Numbered from the stretch's first letter, positions 26,713-36,907 are shown. The stretch is DNA of 57,468 nucleotides from an uncultured Anaerolineaceae bacterium (GCA_964590515.1 CAZPZD010000004.1:23223-80690), one strand, 5' to 3'. Numbers and translations are program-made. The notes: a model not told the origin generated them from the letters alone.

Positions 26713-28845
26713 CTACTCGAAGGGTGGAGTCGGCGTCTTAGTGGCTGTTCCGCCCGAGGGGGTTGGAGAGGGGGTGACAGTCCCGGGCGTCGGCGAGAGG
26801 GTGGTCGTCGGGGTGCGGGTGGGGGTGGGTGTCCGACTCGGGGTGGGGGTTCGACTTGGAGTCGGGGTTCGAGTCGGCGTAGGAGTTCGACTCGGAGTTT
26901 GAGTGATCGTCGGAGTCGGTGTGAAGCCGGGGATCGCGGTGGAGCTGGGCGTCGGCGTCGCGCTGACGGTGCCAATGGCGGTCGCGCTCGGGCTCGGCGT
27001 CGGAGATAGGCTCAATGTTGGGATTGCCGTAGGGATCTCGCCGGTGAGAATGAGCAGGCGCTGTTCGGCAATGGTGCGCATCTCAGGATCCGGCATCTGT
27101 AGCTCCAAGATCCAATGGTAGTTTTGGATCGCATAGTCCAGAAGGTCCGTGGCGGCCTCTGCTGCCCGGGCGCGCAGTTCATACCCGCGAGAAGTGTCCC
27201 GTTCGCGAAGCTCCTGGCGCTGGTCCTGCGAAGCCAGGTCGATCGCAGCATTGGCACTTTCGAGAGCCTGCTGCAACTCGCCGAGATAGTAGTAGGCGTT
27301 ACCAAGGCCCAGGAAAACTTCTATCGTCTCCGGTCCATAGCGCCGAGCGTCGTTGAAATCGGAAAACCCGGTCTCATAGGCCCCAAGCTCGAGGTTGAGC
27401 CAACCCCGGGACAGGTACGCCGGGGCATACCGCTCATTGAGACCCAAAGCCCGATTCAACGAAGAAGAGGCAGCGGGCAAGTCACCGACCTCCAGCTGCG
27501 CTCGCCCGAGGTCGGCCCAGCCACGATGATCCTCGCCCCGATAGTTCAGGTAGGTGAGCAGTGGATCGATGGCTAGCGAGTATTGCTCGAGCCAGACTAG
27601 AGCCCGGCCAAGCATGAGATATCCGTCCAGGTTGGTGTGGTCGCCGGCGCTCCCTTCAATTGCGTTCTCAAGTGCCAGGTCGACCTTGCCCCCGTTGAAC
27701 TGTGCTTCGCTCAAGAGAATGTAGAGCAGGGGCTCGCGCACACCACGATCAACGGCAACTTGGAGGCCTTCCTCCATGGTTTTCCAGAGGCGCACCCGCC
27801 GCAGGAATTCGGCCTGGGCCGCGTAGGCAGGTGAGAAGCTCGGGTCCACCTCGAAGGCCTTGGCGTAGTCGGGCGGGAGGTCCTCGGCTTTCAGGTCTTC
27901 CGGCTGCCCAATCCGCAGCAGAGTGCGCTGCAGCAGGGCGTGGCCACGCCCCAGGTATGCCGGCGCGAACTCAGGGTCCAACAGGATCGCCCGGTCATAA
28001 CTTGCGATGGCTTGGCCGAGCAGGCTGCCCACCTCCGATCCCGACTCAACCGCGGCCAACATCCGAAGCGCTTCGGCTTTGAAGAAGTGAACATCCGGCA
28101 GAGCGTCGTCCAACTCGATCACCTGGTCGAAGAACGCTGCTGCGTCCGCCAGGTCGCCGCGGGTCAGCGCGGATACTCCGGACGAATACGCCTCGTATAC
28201 CGGGTGGGGGGTAAGCCCGTAGATCGGGGTGGGGGTCGGAGTTTGCGGAACGAAGAACAGGATAGGAGTGAGCGCAAACTCGGTCGGTATCGCGGTTCGG
28301 ATAATGCTAATCGAGGGCGGGACCGGAGTCTGGGTCGCGGTCGGGATTGGGGAGGTCGCACTGGATTCCGCTGCCTCCGGTGGCAGGGTCGGGGCCCGAG
28401 CCAGGCCCCGCGGCCGGGTGACAAAGGCATACACGCCGGAGACGAGTAACAGGACCGCAACCACTCCCGCGAATCCAGTCGCAACGAATCGCCAATTCAG
28501 GCGCAGCGCACGGCCGACCGCCGGCCCGCTGGATATTGACGCGGGGACCTGCCGCCGAGCGATCTTGACTGCCGAGGCGAGCTCTGATTCCAACGGCGGT
28601 CTGGCGCCCAGAATGGTGAGACCCCGGAGCACCGCCCGATTGGTGGGGTCTAGTTTGAGGGCCGATTCAAGGCAATAGATCTTCTCCCGCTTGGTATCGA
28701 CAGTCGAGCTCATCCATATCCAATACTCTACGACCCCAGAGTCTGCTTTGAGAAGGCGGGTCAACAGGCTTCGTGCGCGCACCCGGTTGCCGGACCGGGC
28801 TGCGGCAATAGCCTGCACGAGCATGCTGTCGTTGGATTGATCCAT
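26713..28845 (-). CDS. Single-pass membrane TPR protein with Pro/Thr-rich linkers and C-terminal tail
   Basis: N-terminal TPR-like hairpin, TM helix [23 protein letters not shown], multiple TPRs, (TP)n tail. Confidence 0.85.
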   Translation of the reverse strand: MDQSNDSMLVQAIAAARSGNRVRARSLLTRLLKADSGVVEYWIWMSSTVDTKREKIYCLESALKLDPTNRAVLRGLTILGARPPLESELASAVKIARRQVPASISSGPAVGRALRLNWRFVATGFAGVVAVLLLVSGVYAFVTRPRGLARAPTLPPEAAESSATSPIPTATQTPVPPSISIIRTAIPTEFALTPILFFVPQTPTPTPIYGLTPHPVYEAYSSGVSALTRGDLADAAAFFDQVIELDDALPDVHFFKAEALRMLAAVESGSEVGSLLGQAIASYDRAILLDPEFAPAYLGRGHALLQRTLLRIGQPEDLKAEDLPPDYAKAFEVDPSFSPAYAAQAEFLRRVRLWKTMEEGLQVAVDRGVREPLLYILLSEAQFNGGKVDLALENAIEGSAGDHTNLDGYLMLGRALVWLEQYSLAIDPLLTYLNYRGEDHRGWADLGRAQLEVGDLPAASSSLNRALGLNERYAPAYLSRGWLNLELGAYETGFSDFNDARRYGPETIEVFLGLGNAYYYLGELQQALESANAAIDLASQDQRQELRERDTSRGYELRARAAEAATDLLDYAIQNYHWILELQMPDPEMRTIAEQRLLILTGEIPTAIPTLSLSPTPSPSATAIGTVSATPTPSSTAIPGFTPTPTITQTPSRTPTPTRTPTPSRTPTPSRTPTPTRTPTTTLSPTPGTVTPSPTPSGGTATKTPTPPFE
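26805..26900 (-). repeat. Coding tandem repeat, about 18-bp unit encoding [S/T]RTPTP
   Basis: Protein tail [31 protein letters not shown]; boundaries approximate. Confidence 0.75.
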
Positions 28846-28913
28846 GCCAGCTGAAGGAGCCGAAGTCTAGCATAGCGGTTTGGCCGGCACAACGCGACCT
28901 CGGTACGCCCCCT

Positions 28914-28922
28914 TGCTATAAT
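28914..28922 (+). promoter_or_regulatory. Extended -10 promoter (TGCTATAAT)
   Basis: 11 nt upstream of the ATG at 28934. Confidence 0.65.
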
Positions 28923-28933
28923 CCCCACCCGAC

Positions 28934-29884
28934 ATGTGCCGAATGTTGTTGGCGGTTATGGCGCTCATGCTGTGGGGCTGCGTGCCAATCAGCGAGACAG
29001 CCACTGAGCTGCCCACCCAAACTCTCCGACCTCGCCTTGGGCGGCTGAACACTGCGACCGAGCCGGCTCCGGCGACGGTCGGCGCGGTCGAAACCTCCGG
29101 CCCCACTCCAACGCCTTTCTCACACCTGATCATCGAAGGAGACTCCCTGCTGGGCATCGCGTTGCAATATGGGGTAGAGCTTAACGACCTGTTGCTGGCC
29201 AATCCGGGCGCCAACCCACGGTTCCTAACGGTCGGAAGCAGACTGGTGGTGCCGCTTGGCGGGGCGAACGGTCCAGTTCCGACCGCGACCCCTCGTCCAG
29301 TTGGGCTGTCGCCGGTGAGCTGCTACCCGGCGCTGTCGGGCGAACTCTGGTGCTTTCTGAATGCTGGACTGACGCAGGGGTCGCCGATTGAGGGGCTGGT
29401 GGGACTGGTAACTCTGCTGGATGCCGGAGGGCAGCCCCTGCGAACAGAGCCGGCCTTCAGCCCGCTCAATTTGCTGCTTCCGGGATCTGAGCTGCCCTTG
29501 GTGGCCTATTTCGCCCCACCCGTGCCTGAATTCTCTGCCGCGGTGGCAGCCATTATCAGTGCGGTCTCGGCGGGGGAGCCCGCTGGGCGCTACCTGCCAG
29601 TAGAAATAGTCGATGTTGAATCCAGCATTTCCGAAGACCGGCGGGTGGGAACGGCGGAAGGATTCCTCGCGCTGGAAATCGGTCCGGAACAGTCGGTGGA
29701 TTGGATTCGGGTGGTGGTTGTCGGGCTTGACGCGGGAGGACAGATCGTCGGACTCACTACCTTCGATCCGGGCGAGCCCGGCCTTGGGTCCCAGCGGCTG
29801 CCTTTCAGGATTGAGGTCGCCAGTCTCGGCCCACCGATCGCCCGGCTCGCGCTGCTCACCGAGGCGCGGGTCGATGGATCCTAA
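28934..29884 (+). CDS. LysM-domain lipoprotein
   Basis: LWGC lipobox, P/T linker, HLIIEGDSLLGIALQYGV..L..ANP..LTVGSRLVVP. Confidence 0.85.
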   Translation: MCRMLLAVMALMLWGCVPISETATELPTQTLRPRLGRLNTATEPAPATVGAVETSGPTPTPFSHLIIEGDSLLGIALQYGVELNDLLLANPGANPRFLTVGSRLVVPLGGANGPVPTATPRPVGLSPVSCYPALSGELWCFLNAGLTQGSPIEGLVGLVTLLDAGGQPLRTEPAFSPLNLLLPGSELPLVAYFAPPVPEFSAAVAAIISAVSAGEPAGRYLPVEIVDVESSISEDRRVGTAEGFLALEIGPEQSVDWIRVVVVGLDAGGQIVGLTTFDPGEPGLGSQRLPFRIEVASLGPPIARLALLTEARVDGS

Positions 29885-29913
29885 TCTCCGATTGCGGACC
29901 GCCGCGGGCTGCA

Positions 29914-29922
29914 TGCTATAAT
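29914..29922 (+). promoter_or_regulatory. Extended -10 promoter of tRNA-Ser
   Basis: TGCTATAAT 24 nt upstream of the tRNA. Confidence 0.65.
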
Positions 29923-29946
29923 CCCTCGCCCCCAAACGATTTCGTC

Positions 29947-30033
29947 GGAGAGGTAGCGTAGTCTGGCCTAACGCGCGCGCTTGGAAAGCGCGTGAGCCGA
30001 AAGGCTCCGTGGGTTCGAATCCCACCCTCTCCG
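29947..30033 (+). tRNA. tRNA-Ser(GGA)
   Basis: Acceptor GGAGAGG/CCTCTCC, anticodon arm cgcgc-TTGGAAA-gcgcg, long variable arm, GTTCGAATC T-loop, G discriminator; CCA not encoded. Confidence 0.96.
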
Positions 30034-30120
30034 CCTTCCAGCGGCACGGTATCCTGACGCAATCCCTGCGACGCCGCACTCTCCGGTCTCAACTCTGAAA
30101 AGTCGTCACGCGAGGCAGGC

Positions 30121-30129
30121 TGGTATACT
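30121..30129 (+). promoter_or_regulatory. Extended -10 (TGGTATACT), leaderless-type
   Basis: 8 nt upstream of the ATG at 30138; no Shine-Dalgarno sequence. Confidence 0.6.
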
Positions 30130-30137
30130 GCCGCCGC

Positions 30138-31541
30138 ATGAATCGACGGATCAAAAGCCGGGCCTGGCAGGCCGGCTTGCCGGTGTTGGTTGTCGTCGGC
30201 CTCGTATTCCTGTATCGCGGAACGGCCCGCCCGGTCCGTTTGATTGTCGATCGGAACCCACAGACGATCCTCACTCACGCTAGCCGGGTCGAGGGGGTGC
30301 TGCTCGAGGCCGGGTTTGAGCCGGCGGCTCAGGATCGACTGACGCCCTCGAATTTGACCCGGCTCAATTGGAACGGCGAGTCGATCCCGGTCGTTCGGCT
30401 CGATCGAGCAAATCCGATTCTGGTCGAAACCACCGGATCGCAGCGGGTCGTGGTCTCTGCCAGCGAAGAACCGGCCGACCTACTCTGGCTTGCCGGTGAG
30501 GCTCTCTTTATTGGCGACCGGATGCAAGTCAACGGGCTCCCGCTGCCCTCGGATATTCTGCCGGCAAGGACCGAACAGATCGCACTCCAGACCGCGATCC
30601 CTATTCGACTGGAGCAGGGCGGCCGGATCGAGACCGTTTTCTCGGCGGCCCCGACCGTTGGGGAGGCCCTCTGGGAGGCCGGGATCGGGCTGTTTGAGGG
30701 GGATCAGCTCATTCCGTCCGCCGAGACTCCACTGGATCGACCACTCACGGTCTCACTGAACCGTGCCCGATCCCTGCAGATTCACATCGGGGACATGGTG
30801 GTTGTGGGTCGAAGTGCCGCGCCGACAGTCGGCCAGGCGCTCAGCGATGTCGGCACGCCCCTTGGGGGGCTGGATTATTCGATCCCAGCCTCCACCGAAC
30901 TTGTCCCCGAGGCCGGTCAGATCCAGCTGATCCGAGTCAGTGAGCAAGTTCAACTGGAGCAGCGTCCTCTTCCGTTTGAGACCCTCTATCAGCCGCTCGA
31001 CAATCTCGAGATCGACCAGAGGCAGTTTGTGAAGCCCGGCACTTATGGTGTGGTCGCGGAGCAAGTCCGGGTGCGGATGGAGGATGGCCTCGAAGTCAGC
31101 CGGACGGTCGAGGGGCAGTGGGTCGCGCAGGAGCCGGCCGACGAAGTCGTCGGATACGGAACCCAAATCGTCGTCCGATCAGTCGCCACTCCCGACGGCC
31201 AACTTGAGTACTGGCGCGCAGTTCAGATGTACGCGACCTCCTATTCAGCCTCGCGGGCCGGAGTCCCGCTGGACCATCCCTGGTTTGGGATCACAGCGTC
31301 CGGCAAACCTCTAACCAAGGGGCTGGTAGCCATCGACCGGAGCCTGATCCCCTTTGGGACGCGGATGTACGTACCAGGCTACGGGTTCGCCGAAGCTGCC
31401 GACACTGGCGGAGGCGTCCGCGGGCGGTGGATCGATCTCGGTTACGACGACGACAATTACGTCCCCTGGCACCAGTATCTGACCGTCTACTTCCTCACTC
31501 CAACTCCGCCTCCCAGCTCGATCGTATACATCTTCCCGTAG
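30138..31541 (+). CDS. YabE/RpfB-like protein with DUF348 repeats, G5 and 3D domains
   Basis: N-terminal TM, repeated TVGEAL..G..L...D units, G5 region, ATSYS..TASG..AID..IPFGT..ADTGG..IDL 3D domain; conserved position upstream of rsmA. Confidence 0.88.
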   Translation: MNRRIKSRAWQAGLPVLVVVGLVFLYRGTARPVRLIVDRNPQTILTHASRVEGVLLEAGFEPAAQDRLTPSNLTRLNWNGESIPVVRLDRANPILVETTGSQRVVVSASEEPADLLWLAGEALFIGDRMQVNGLPLPSDILPARTEQIALQTAIPIRLEQGGRIETVFSAAPTVGEALWEAGIGLFEGDQLIPSAETPLDRPLTVSLNRARSLQIHIGDMVVVGRSAAPTVGQALSDVGTPLGGLDYSIPASTELVPEAGQIQLIRVSEQVQLEQRPLPFETLYQPLDNLEIDQRQFVKPGTYGVVAEQVRVRMEDGLEVSRTVEGQWVAQEPADEVVGYGTQIVVRSVATPDGQLEYWRAVQMYATSYSASRAGVPLDHPWFGITASGKPLTKGLVAIDRSLIPFGTRMYVPGYGFAEAADTGGGVRGRWIDLGYDDDNYVPWHQYLTVYFLTPTPPPSSIVYIFP

Positions 31542-32383
31542 TGCGGCCCGAATTCGACGCACGCCGGCTGCTCAAACGGCACTCGATCCGACCCCTCAAG
31601 CGACTCGGCCAGCATTTCATGGTCGACCCGCGAGCACTTAAACAAGTGCTTGCCGCGGCCGAACTCGGCGGGACGGAGACGGTGCTCGAAGTGGGTGCCG
31701 GGCTCGGGTCGCTCACCCGGGCCCTGGCGATCGAGGCCCGCCGAGTGATCGCAGTTGAGCTCGACCCGCGGCTGCTGCCCCCCTTGCGCGAAGTGCTTCA
31801 GGGTCTGAGTTCGGTCGAGATCGTGATCGGCGATATCCTCGACATGGACCTGAAATCGACCGTCGGAGAAGGACCCTACCTGGTCGTGGCGAACATCCCT
31901 TACAACATCACCTCGACCCTGATCCGCCACTTCCTCGAATCAATGACTGCCCCCCAGCGTTTGGTACTGACTGTGCAGCGCGAAGTGGCGGAACGGGTGG
32001 TCGCCGGTCCGGGCCAGATGAGTCTGCTGGCTCTCGGCGTTCGGGTGTATGGGAACCCTACGATTCGGGCCCGGGTCCCGGCCAGGGCCTTCTATCCTCG
32101 ACCCCAAGTCGATTCTGCAGTGCTGCGGGTTGACCTTCACGACCAGCCGATCCTCGATGGGCAACTGTTGGATCCGGTGTTCCAGTTGGCGAAGGCGGGT
32201 TTTGGGCAGCGACGGAAGATGCTTAAGAACACCCTGGCGACGGGGCTGCACTGGTCAGCGGCAGAGACCGTCGCTCTGCTGGCCGGGGCGGGGATTGGTG
32301 CCCAAGCCAGACCGCAAGAGCTCGATGTGAAGGATTGGGCCCGGCTGGCGGGCACCGCCTTGCGGCTCGGACTGCTGGGTTAA
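31541..32383 (+). CDS. rsmA: 16S rRNA m6,2A1518/1519 dimethyltransferase
   Basis: KRLGQHF, EVGAGLGSLT, VANIPYNIT, VQREVAER, FYPRPQVDS, QRRKML; GTG start overlaps the upstream stop. Confidence 0.96.
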   Translation: MRPEFDARRLLKRHSIRPLKRLGQHFMVDPRALKQVLAAAELGGTETVLEVGAGLGSLTRALAIEARRVIAVELDPRLLPPLREVLQGLSSVEIVIGDILDMDLKSTVGEGPYLVVANIPYNITSTLIRHFLESMTAPQRLVLTVQREVAERVVAGPGQMSLLALGVRVYGNPTIRARVPARAFYPRPQVDSAVLRVDLHDQPILDGQLLDPVFQLAKAGFGQRRKMLKNTLATGLHWSAAETVALLAGAGIGAQARPQELDVKDWARLAGTALRLGLLG

Positions 32384-33114
32384 CTGCGGACCGGCCTCAG
32401 TTTGCGATAGGTGAACGGAAGCAGCCACACTCGGATGGCCGCCTCGATCTGGATCCGGAGTGACATCTTGGACTGTCCAATCCTGCGGTCCTCGAAGTAG
32501 ATCGGCAGCTCGGAAATCTCGAAGCCCAATCGTTGGGCGAGGTAGGCCATCTCGACCTGAAAGACGTAACCCTCCGAACTGATCCGGTCGAGCGGGATCG
32601 CCTGCAGGGTTTCCGCCCGCCAGATGCGAAAGCCTCCGGTCGCGTCGCGAACCTTTAGTCCCAGGAGCACTCGGGCATAGCTGTTGCCGAACTTGGAAAG
32701 AAATACTCGTCCGATCCCCCATCGTTCGTCGAGCCGACCCCCCGTCACGTAGCGCGAACCAAAAACGGCGTCGGTACTCTCCAGTCGCTGCAAGAATTCG
32801 GGCAGATAGCTGGGCGAATGGGAAAAATCAGCGTCCATCTGTCCGATGGCGTGCGCACCTGCCTGGATAGCCGCCTGGAATCCCTTGAGGTAGGCAGAGC
32901 CCAAGCCGAGTTTCCCACTGCGATGGATCACCGATAGGCTGCCGGGCATCCGGCCAGCCAGATCATCCGCCAGTCGCCCGGTGCCATCGGGCGAGGCGTC
33001 ATCGACGATCAGGATCTTGAGGTTCGGCAGTGAGAGATCGACGAGGGCGTCGATCAGCGAGGGGAGATTCGAGACTTCGTTATACGTTGGGACGACGACG
33101 GTCAGTGGCCGCAT
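32380..33114 (-). CDS. Polyprenol monophosphomannose synthase-like GT2 glycosyltransferase
   Basis: VVPTYNE, VDDASPDGTG, KLGLGSAY, MDADFSH, GSRY, DATGGFR. Confidence 0.92.
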   Translation of the reverse strand: MRPLTVVVPTYNEVSNLPSLIDALVDLSLPNLKILIVDDASPDGTGRLADDLAGRMPGSLSVIHRSGKLGLGSAYLKGFQAAIQAGAHAIGQMDADFSHSPSYLPEFLQRLESTDAVFGSRYVTGGRLDERWGIGRVFLSKFGNSYARVLLGLKVRDATGGFRIWRAETLQAIPLDRISSEGYVFQVEMAYLAQRLGFEISELPIYFEDRRIGQSKMSLRIQIEAAIRVWLLPFTYRKLRPVRS

Positions 33115-33123
33115 GCCCGATCG

Positions 33124-33495
33124 CTAGAGCAAGTTGGCTAGGTCCTCCGTTGCCCGCCGCATGTCCAGGAAGAGAAGTCCCAGCTTTGCTCGATCGCGGG
33201 CGAGAACGGTCAGCACTGCCTCACGCTCAATCGACATCAGGATGACATAGCCAGTTTGGCCTTTGATGTACACCTGATCCAGTTTTCCTCGGCCAAGTTC
33301 GGTGGCAATCCGCTCTCCGAGTGAGAGCATGGCCGCCGACATGGCCGAAACGCGATCCTCTTCGACATTAGCTGGCAAAGCTGAGGCCATCGTCAGGCCA
33401 TCAACGCTCACTACGGCGGAGGCCTCCACGTCAGAAGAGGACGATTGTAGGTCCCGCAAGCGGTCCATCATGAGTTCAAGCCGAGGTTTAGACAC
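33124..33495 (-). CDS. Roadblock/LC7 (MglB-like) protein
   Basis: SAVVSVDGL..AMSAAMLSLGER..GYVILM..AKLGLLFLDM. Confidence 0.92.
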   Translation of the reverse strand: MSKPRLELMMDRLRDLQSSSSDVEASAVVSVDGLTMASALPANVEEDRVSAMSAAMLSLGERIATELGRGKLDQVYIKGQTGYVILMSIEREAVLTVLARDRAKLGLLFLDMRRATEDLANLL

Positions 33496-33636
33496 AGTGG
33501 GGTCGAGTTTGTGAACTTATGTACAACGGCCGGTACTGTAGCATACGGGTTAGGTCGCGTCAAGCATGCATTGTTCCTAAGCTCGATCGTGGCTATACTC
33601 GGCCAAGCGCCGACCCGAAAGGAATCGACATAACCC

Positions 33637-34281
33637 ATGCCGGCCGTACTTGAACAACAGATCGTGGCCTTCCTCACCGAGCTGTTTCAGAGCATCGGGT
33701 GGGGTGGGGTCCTGTCAATTATGGCGCTGGAAAGTGCCAACATTCCGATTCCCAGTGAGGTCACGATGCCACTCGCCGGATGGTTGCTGGTTCAGGCCAA
33801 CGGAGGGAGCGGGCTTGCCGCGCTTCTGCTGGGAGGGCTGTGGGGTGGGCTTGGGTGCACGATTGGATCGATGGTTTCGTACGCGCTAGGAGCCTACGGG
33901 GGTCGAGGGTTTCTCGATCGGTACGGTCGTTATCTCATGGTCAGCCACCACGATCTGGAGCTCGCAGACCGCTGGTTCGCCCGCTGGGGCGATTGGACGG
34001 CCTTTCTGTCGAGGCTGCTTCCGATTGTGCGGACGTTTATCTCCTTCCCGGCCGGGGTGGCGAAGGCGCGTTTCATCCCGTTCGTCACATACACGTTTCT
34101 CGGTTCTTTCATTTGGTGCGGCGCGCTAGCGTACGGGGGGCACGCCTTCGGGGCGCGCTGGGAGGAGTTGCGGGCGGTCATGCGGCCATTTGATATCCCG
34201 ATCGGGCTTGTCCTCCTGGCTGGTTTCGCCTATTACATCGTCCATCACCTGCGTCGAGGAAGGACTGCGCAAGGCGGCTGA
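33637..34281 (+). CDS. DedA-family membrane protein
   Basis: ESANIPIPSE, SRLLPIVRTFISFPAG. Confidence 0.93.
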   Translation: MPAVLEQQIVAFLTELFQSIGWGGVLSIMALESANIPIPSEVTMPLAGWLLVQANGGSGLAALLLGGLWGGLGCTIGSMVSYALGAYGGRGFLDRYGRYLMVSHHDLELADRWFARWGDWTAFLSRLLPIVRTFISFPAGVAKARFIPFVTYTFLGSFIWCGALAYGGHAFGARWEELRAVMRPFDIPIGLVLLAGFAYYIVHHLRRGRTAQGG

Positions 34282-34283
34282 GC

Positions 34284-35465
34284 TCAGCGCCTGGCCAGCC
34301 AGCGCGGGAGGCCGACGATCCCAACAACTGCAACCGCCGCCAGACTCAGCAGAACCAGCAGCCCCGACAACGCCACCAGTCCCGCTCCCGCCGGACTGAT
34401 CACCCCCGCATCAACTTCCAATGAGAACCCGCTGAGGGCGACCGCCAGCGCCGTGAAGTTCCATAGGCCATGGAAACCAACCGCGGTCAGGTAAAGGGCG
34501 AGCAGCCGGAGCGGCCTTCGGTTGACAATCGCCTCGATGAGACCCCAGCTCACGAGCCCGGTGCCGAAGGCATGGATCAACGGCGTCCCTGCCCGGGCCA
34601 CCATGGCGGAGACCCAGTCTGCACCTGGCTGTGCCAGCAGCAATGATTCGAAAAGCGCGTAGCCGGACCCGGCGAGCACTCCTCCTAGAAAGGCCTGGCC
34701 GACCGATGGCCGCCGATGGATAACCGGCCAAATCGACACGGACTTGACCGCCTCTTCGACGAGCGGGACGACCGCGGCCAGGAAGACAACAGCCACGCCC
34801 AACACGACGGGCTCACTGAGCAAACCGCTTAGCAGTTGATTGAAATCTGCGTCGCTTGTCAGGTCGGCCGCGGCCATTGCCTGGAGAACCGAGAGGCCGC
34901 TCTCGCTCAAGGAAAGCCCCAAGAAGACCAGAATCGCGGCCGGGATCAAGGCCGACAGCTCCAAGATGAGGGCGATCGGCGGTGCGGCCCACAGTCCGCC
35001 CAGGAAGTGACCCCAGCCCCGCCGATTGGACAGGATCGGACCTTGCCGCAGCGCGAGAAAGGCTGTGAATGCGACCGGTCCGCCAGCCGCCATAACATGG
35101 GCCACCGGTCCCAACACCCATTGGGCCGTCCCACTGGCGAACGTATAGCTTCCAAGGGCGAGACCGCCAAAGAACATCATCCCGGCAAGCAGGCCCACCG
35201 CCCAGTGGATGCGCCGGGCAGGCCGGTTTGACCCACGGGCTGCCCAATAGAGCAGCGGCAGACCCAGGACTCCGGCCGCCACCAAGGAAATCGCCTGGAT
35301 CCCCGGCCCGAGCGCGGCGGCCGCTCCTCCCTGCAAGTAAGCCAAGACCGCAAAACCGGCGACGACTGCCGCAGCGATCAGGCTTCCGCCAATCCCAGCG
35401 GCGCCGCCCAGGATCAGCCAGATCGACCTCCTGCGGCTTTCCGAATCGTTCGTAGAGCTGAGCAC
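34284..35465 (-). CDS. PrsW-family intramembrane protease
   Basis: EEAVK, YALFES, IHAFG, FHGLWN motifs in a multi-TM protein; TGCTACAAT 6 nt upstream of the GTG. Confidence 0.85.
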   Translation of the reverse strand: MLSSTNDSESRRRSIWLILGGAAGIGGSLIAAAVVAGFAVLAYLQGGAAAALGPGIQAISLVAAGVLGLPLLYWAARGSNRPARRIHWAVGLLAGMMFFGGLALGSYTFASGTAQWVLGPVAHVMAAGGPVAFTAFLALRQGPILSNRRGWGHFLGGLWAAPPIALILELSALIPAAILVFLGLSLSESGLSVLQAMAAADLTSDADFNQLLSGLLSEPVVLGVAVVFLAAVVPLVEEAVKSVSIWPVIHRRPSVGQAFLGGVLAGSGYALFESLLLAQPGADWVSAMVARAGTPLIHAFGTGLVSWGLIEAIVNRRPLRLLALYLTAVGFHGLWNFTALAVALSGFSLEVDAGVISPAGAGLVALSGLLVLLSLAAVAVVGIVGLPRWLARR

Positions 35466-35490
35466 CGCAGGATTGTAGCAAGGTTTCGGC

Positions 35491-35520
35491 TTGTCACCCC
35501 TCGCCCCGCTAAGGTATGCT
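35491..35520 (+). promoter_or_regulatory. Sigma70-type promoter of selC
   Basis: TTGTCA-18 nt-TATGCT. Confidence 0.6.
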
Positions 35521-35530
35521 AGGCTTAGCT

Positions 35531-35624
35531 GGGGGTGGTTGGGCCCCGGTGGGCTCCTCGGTCTTCAAAACCGGTGGCGGGTCGTTGAACGGGCCGCGGT
35601 GGGTTCGACTCCCATCCACTCCCG
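35531..35624 (+). tRNA. selC: tRNA-Sec(UCA)
   Basis: 8-bp acceptor GGGGGTGG/CCACTCCC, 6-bp D stem with 4-nt loop, anticodon loop CT-TCA-AA, long variable arm, GTTCGACTC, G discriminator. Confidence 0.93.
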
Positions 35625-35645
35625 AATGGGTTCCCTGCTGATCCT

Positions 35646-36887
35646 ATGAGCACGAACATTCCTCACGCGCAAGGTCTCGCCGAGCGATTGCTGCCGGACG
35701 TTCGAGTTGTCATGGATGTCCAGCAGTACGAGAGCGGCGCAACCGGGAGTCACCTCCTGGCAACTTACCGCGGCAAGCTGCGGGTTGAATCAGACCAGGC
35801 CTACGAACGCTTGGAGCCGGTGTTCGCCAGGGCGGGGTCTACGATCCTGCTGCGGCAGGAGGGGGAGACCCAGATCCTGCTCGCGGTGGATGAGCTGAAA
35901 GCTCGGAAGGCAGGGAACCCAATCCTGAACGTGGTGCTGTTCCTGGCAACCTTCGCCACGGTGCTCACCGTTGGGCTAAGCTATGCCCAAGCCTATCTTC
36001 AGCAAACACCTTCGGCCAGGGAGCTGCCGATCATCGGCGAACCGCTTCCTTTGGCGCTGCTCTACGCGGGAAGCCTGCTCGGGATCCTGGTGGCTCATGA
36101 GTTCGGGCACTACCTCATGGGTCGGTATCACAAGACAGCCGTCACCCTGCCGTATTTCATCCCCTTCCCTGGGGGACTCTTCGGCACCTTTGGTGCGTTC
36201 ATCCAATTGAGGTCCCCTCCCAAAAATCGGCGGGTGTTGATGGACATCGGCCTTGCTGGACCCCTGGCGGGGCTGGTTATCGCGGTGCCGGTGCTGCTGA
36301 TTGGGCTCGCACTCTCCCAGGTCAGCCCACTTCCGAGCCGATCCAGCGAGTTAGGGGGGACGTTTCTGGAGGGGAACTCCCTGCTCTATCTAGGCGCGAA
36401 ATTCCTGGTGAAGGGAGCGCTGCTCCCGGAACCAGTCGACTACCAGGGAGTGCCGCCGCTGACCTACTGGCTGCGCAATCTCGCTTTCGGAGTCGGCGGG
36501 CCGGCCGGTGTTCCTATTCCGCTCGGCGGCTTGGATGTGCAGCTCCATCCGATGGCGCTGGCGGGTTGGGCGGGGTTTCTGGTCACCGGGCTAAACCTGA
36601 TCCCTACCGGTCAACTCGACGGTGGGCACGTGCTGTATTCGCTCTTGGGGAAGCGGGCGGCGATCCTGTGGCCGGTCGTCATCGCCGGCTTGCTCGGACT
36701 GACGCTGGTGTGGAACGGGTGGCTGCTATTCGCAGGCCTGACTTTCCTCATGGGGCGAACGTACGCCCAACCGCTGGATGACGTCACTCCACTCGATGCG
36801 CGCCGAAAGGGATTGGCGATCTTGGGCCTGGTGCTCTTCGTTTTGATTTTCACCCCGGTCCCGATCGTTCCACTTCTCGGGCGCTAA
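35646..36887 (+). CDS. Site-2 protease (M50 family)
   Basis: HEFGH, GLAGP, NLIPTGQLDGGH. Confidence 0.93.
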   Translation: MSTNIPHAQGLAERLLPDVRVVMDVQQYESGATGSHLLATYRGKLRVESDQAYERLEPVFARAGSTILLRQEGETQILLAVDELKARKAGNPILNVVLFLATFATVLTVGLSYAQAYLQQTPSARELPIIGEPLPLALLYAGSLLGILVAHEFGHYLMGRYHKTAVTLPYFIPFPGGLFGTFGAFIQLRSPPKNRRVLMDIGLAGPLAGLVIAVPVLLIGLALSQVSPLPSRSSELGGTFLEGNSLLYLGAKFLVKGALLPEPVDYQGVPPLTYWLRNLAFGVGGPAGVPIPLGGLDVQLHPMALAGWAGFLVTGLNLIPTGQLDGGHVLYSLLGKRAAILWPVVIAGLLGLTLVWNGWLLFAGLTFLMGRTYAQPLDDVTPLDARRKGLAILGLVLFVLIFTPVPIVPLLGR

Positions 36888-36907
36888 CTCGGTCAATCTC
36901 CGCTGGA

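Noticed and set aside
26760..27000. Periodic repeats as a possible CRISPR array near the Cas4-like gene
   Set aside because: The repeats are in-frame codons for Thr-Pro units with synonymous variation and no spacers
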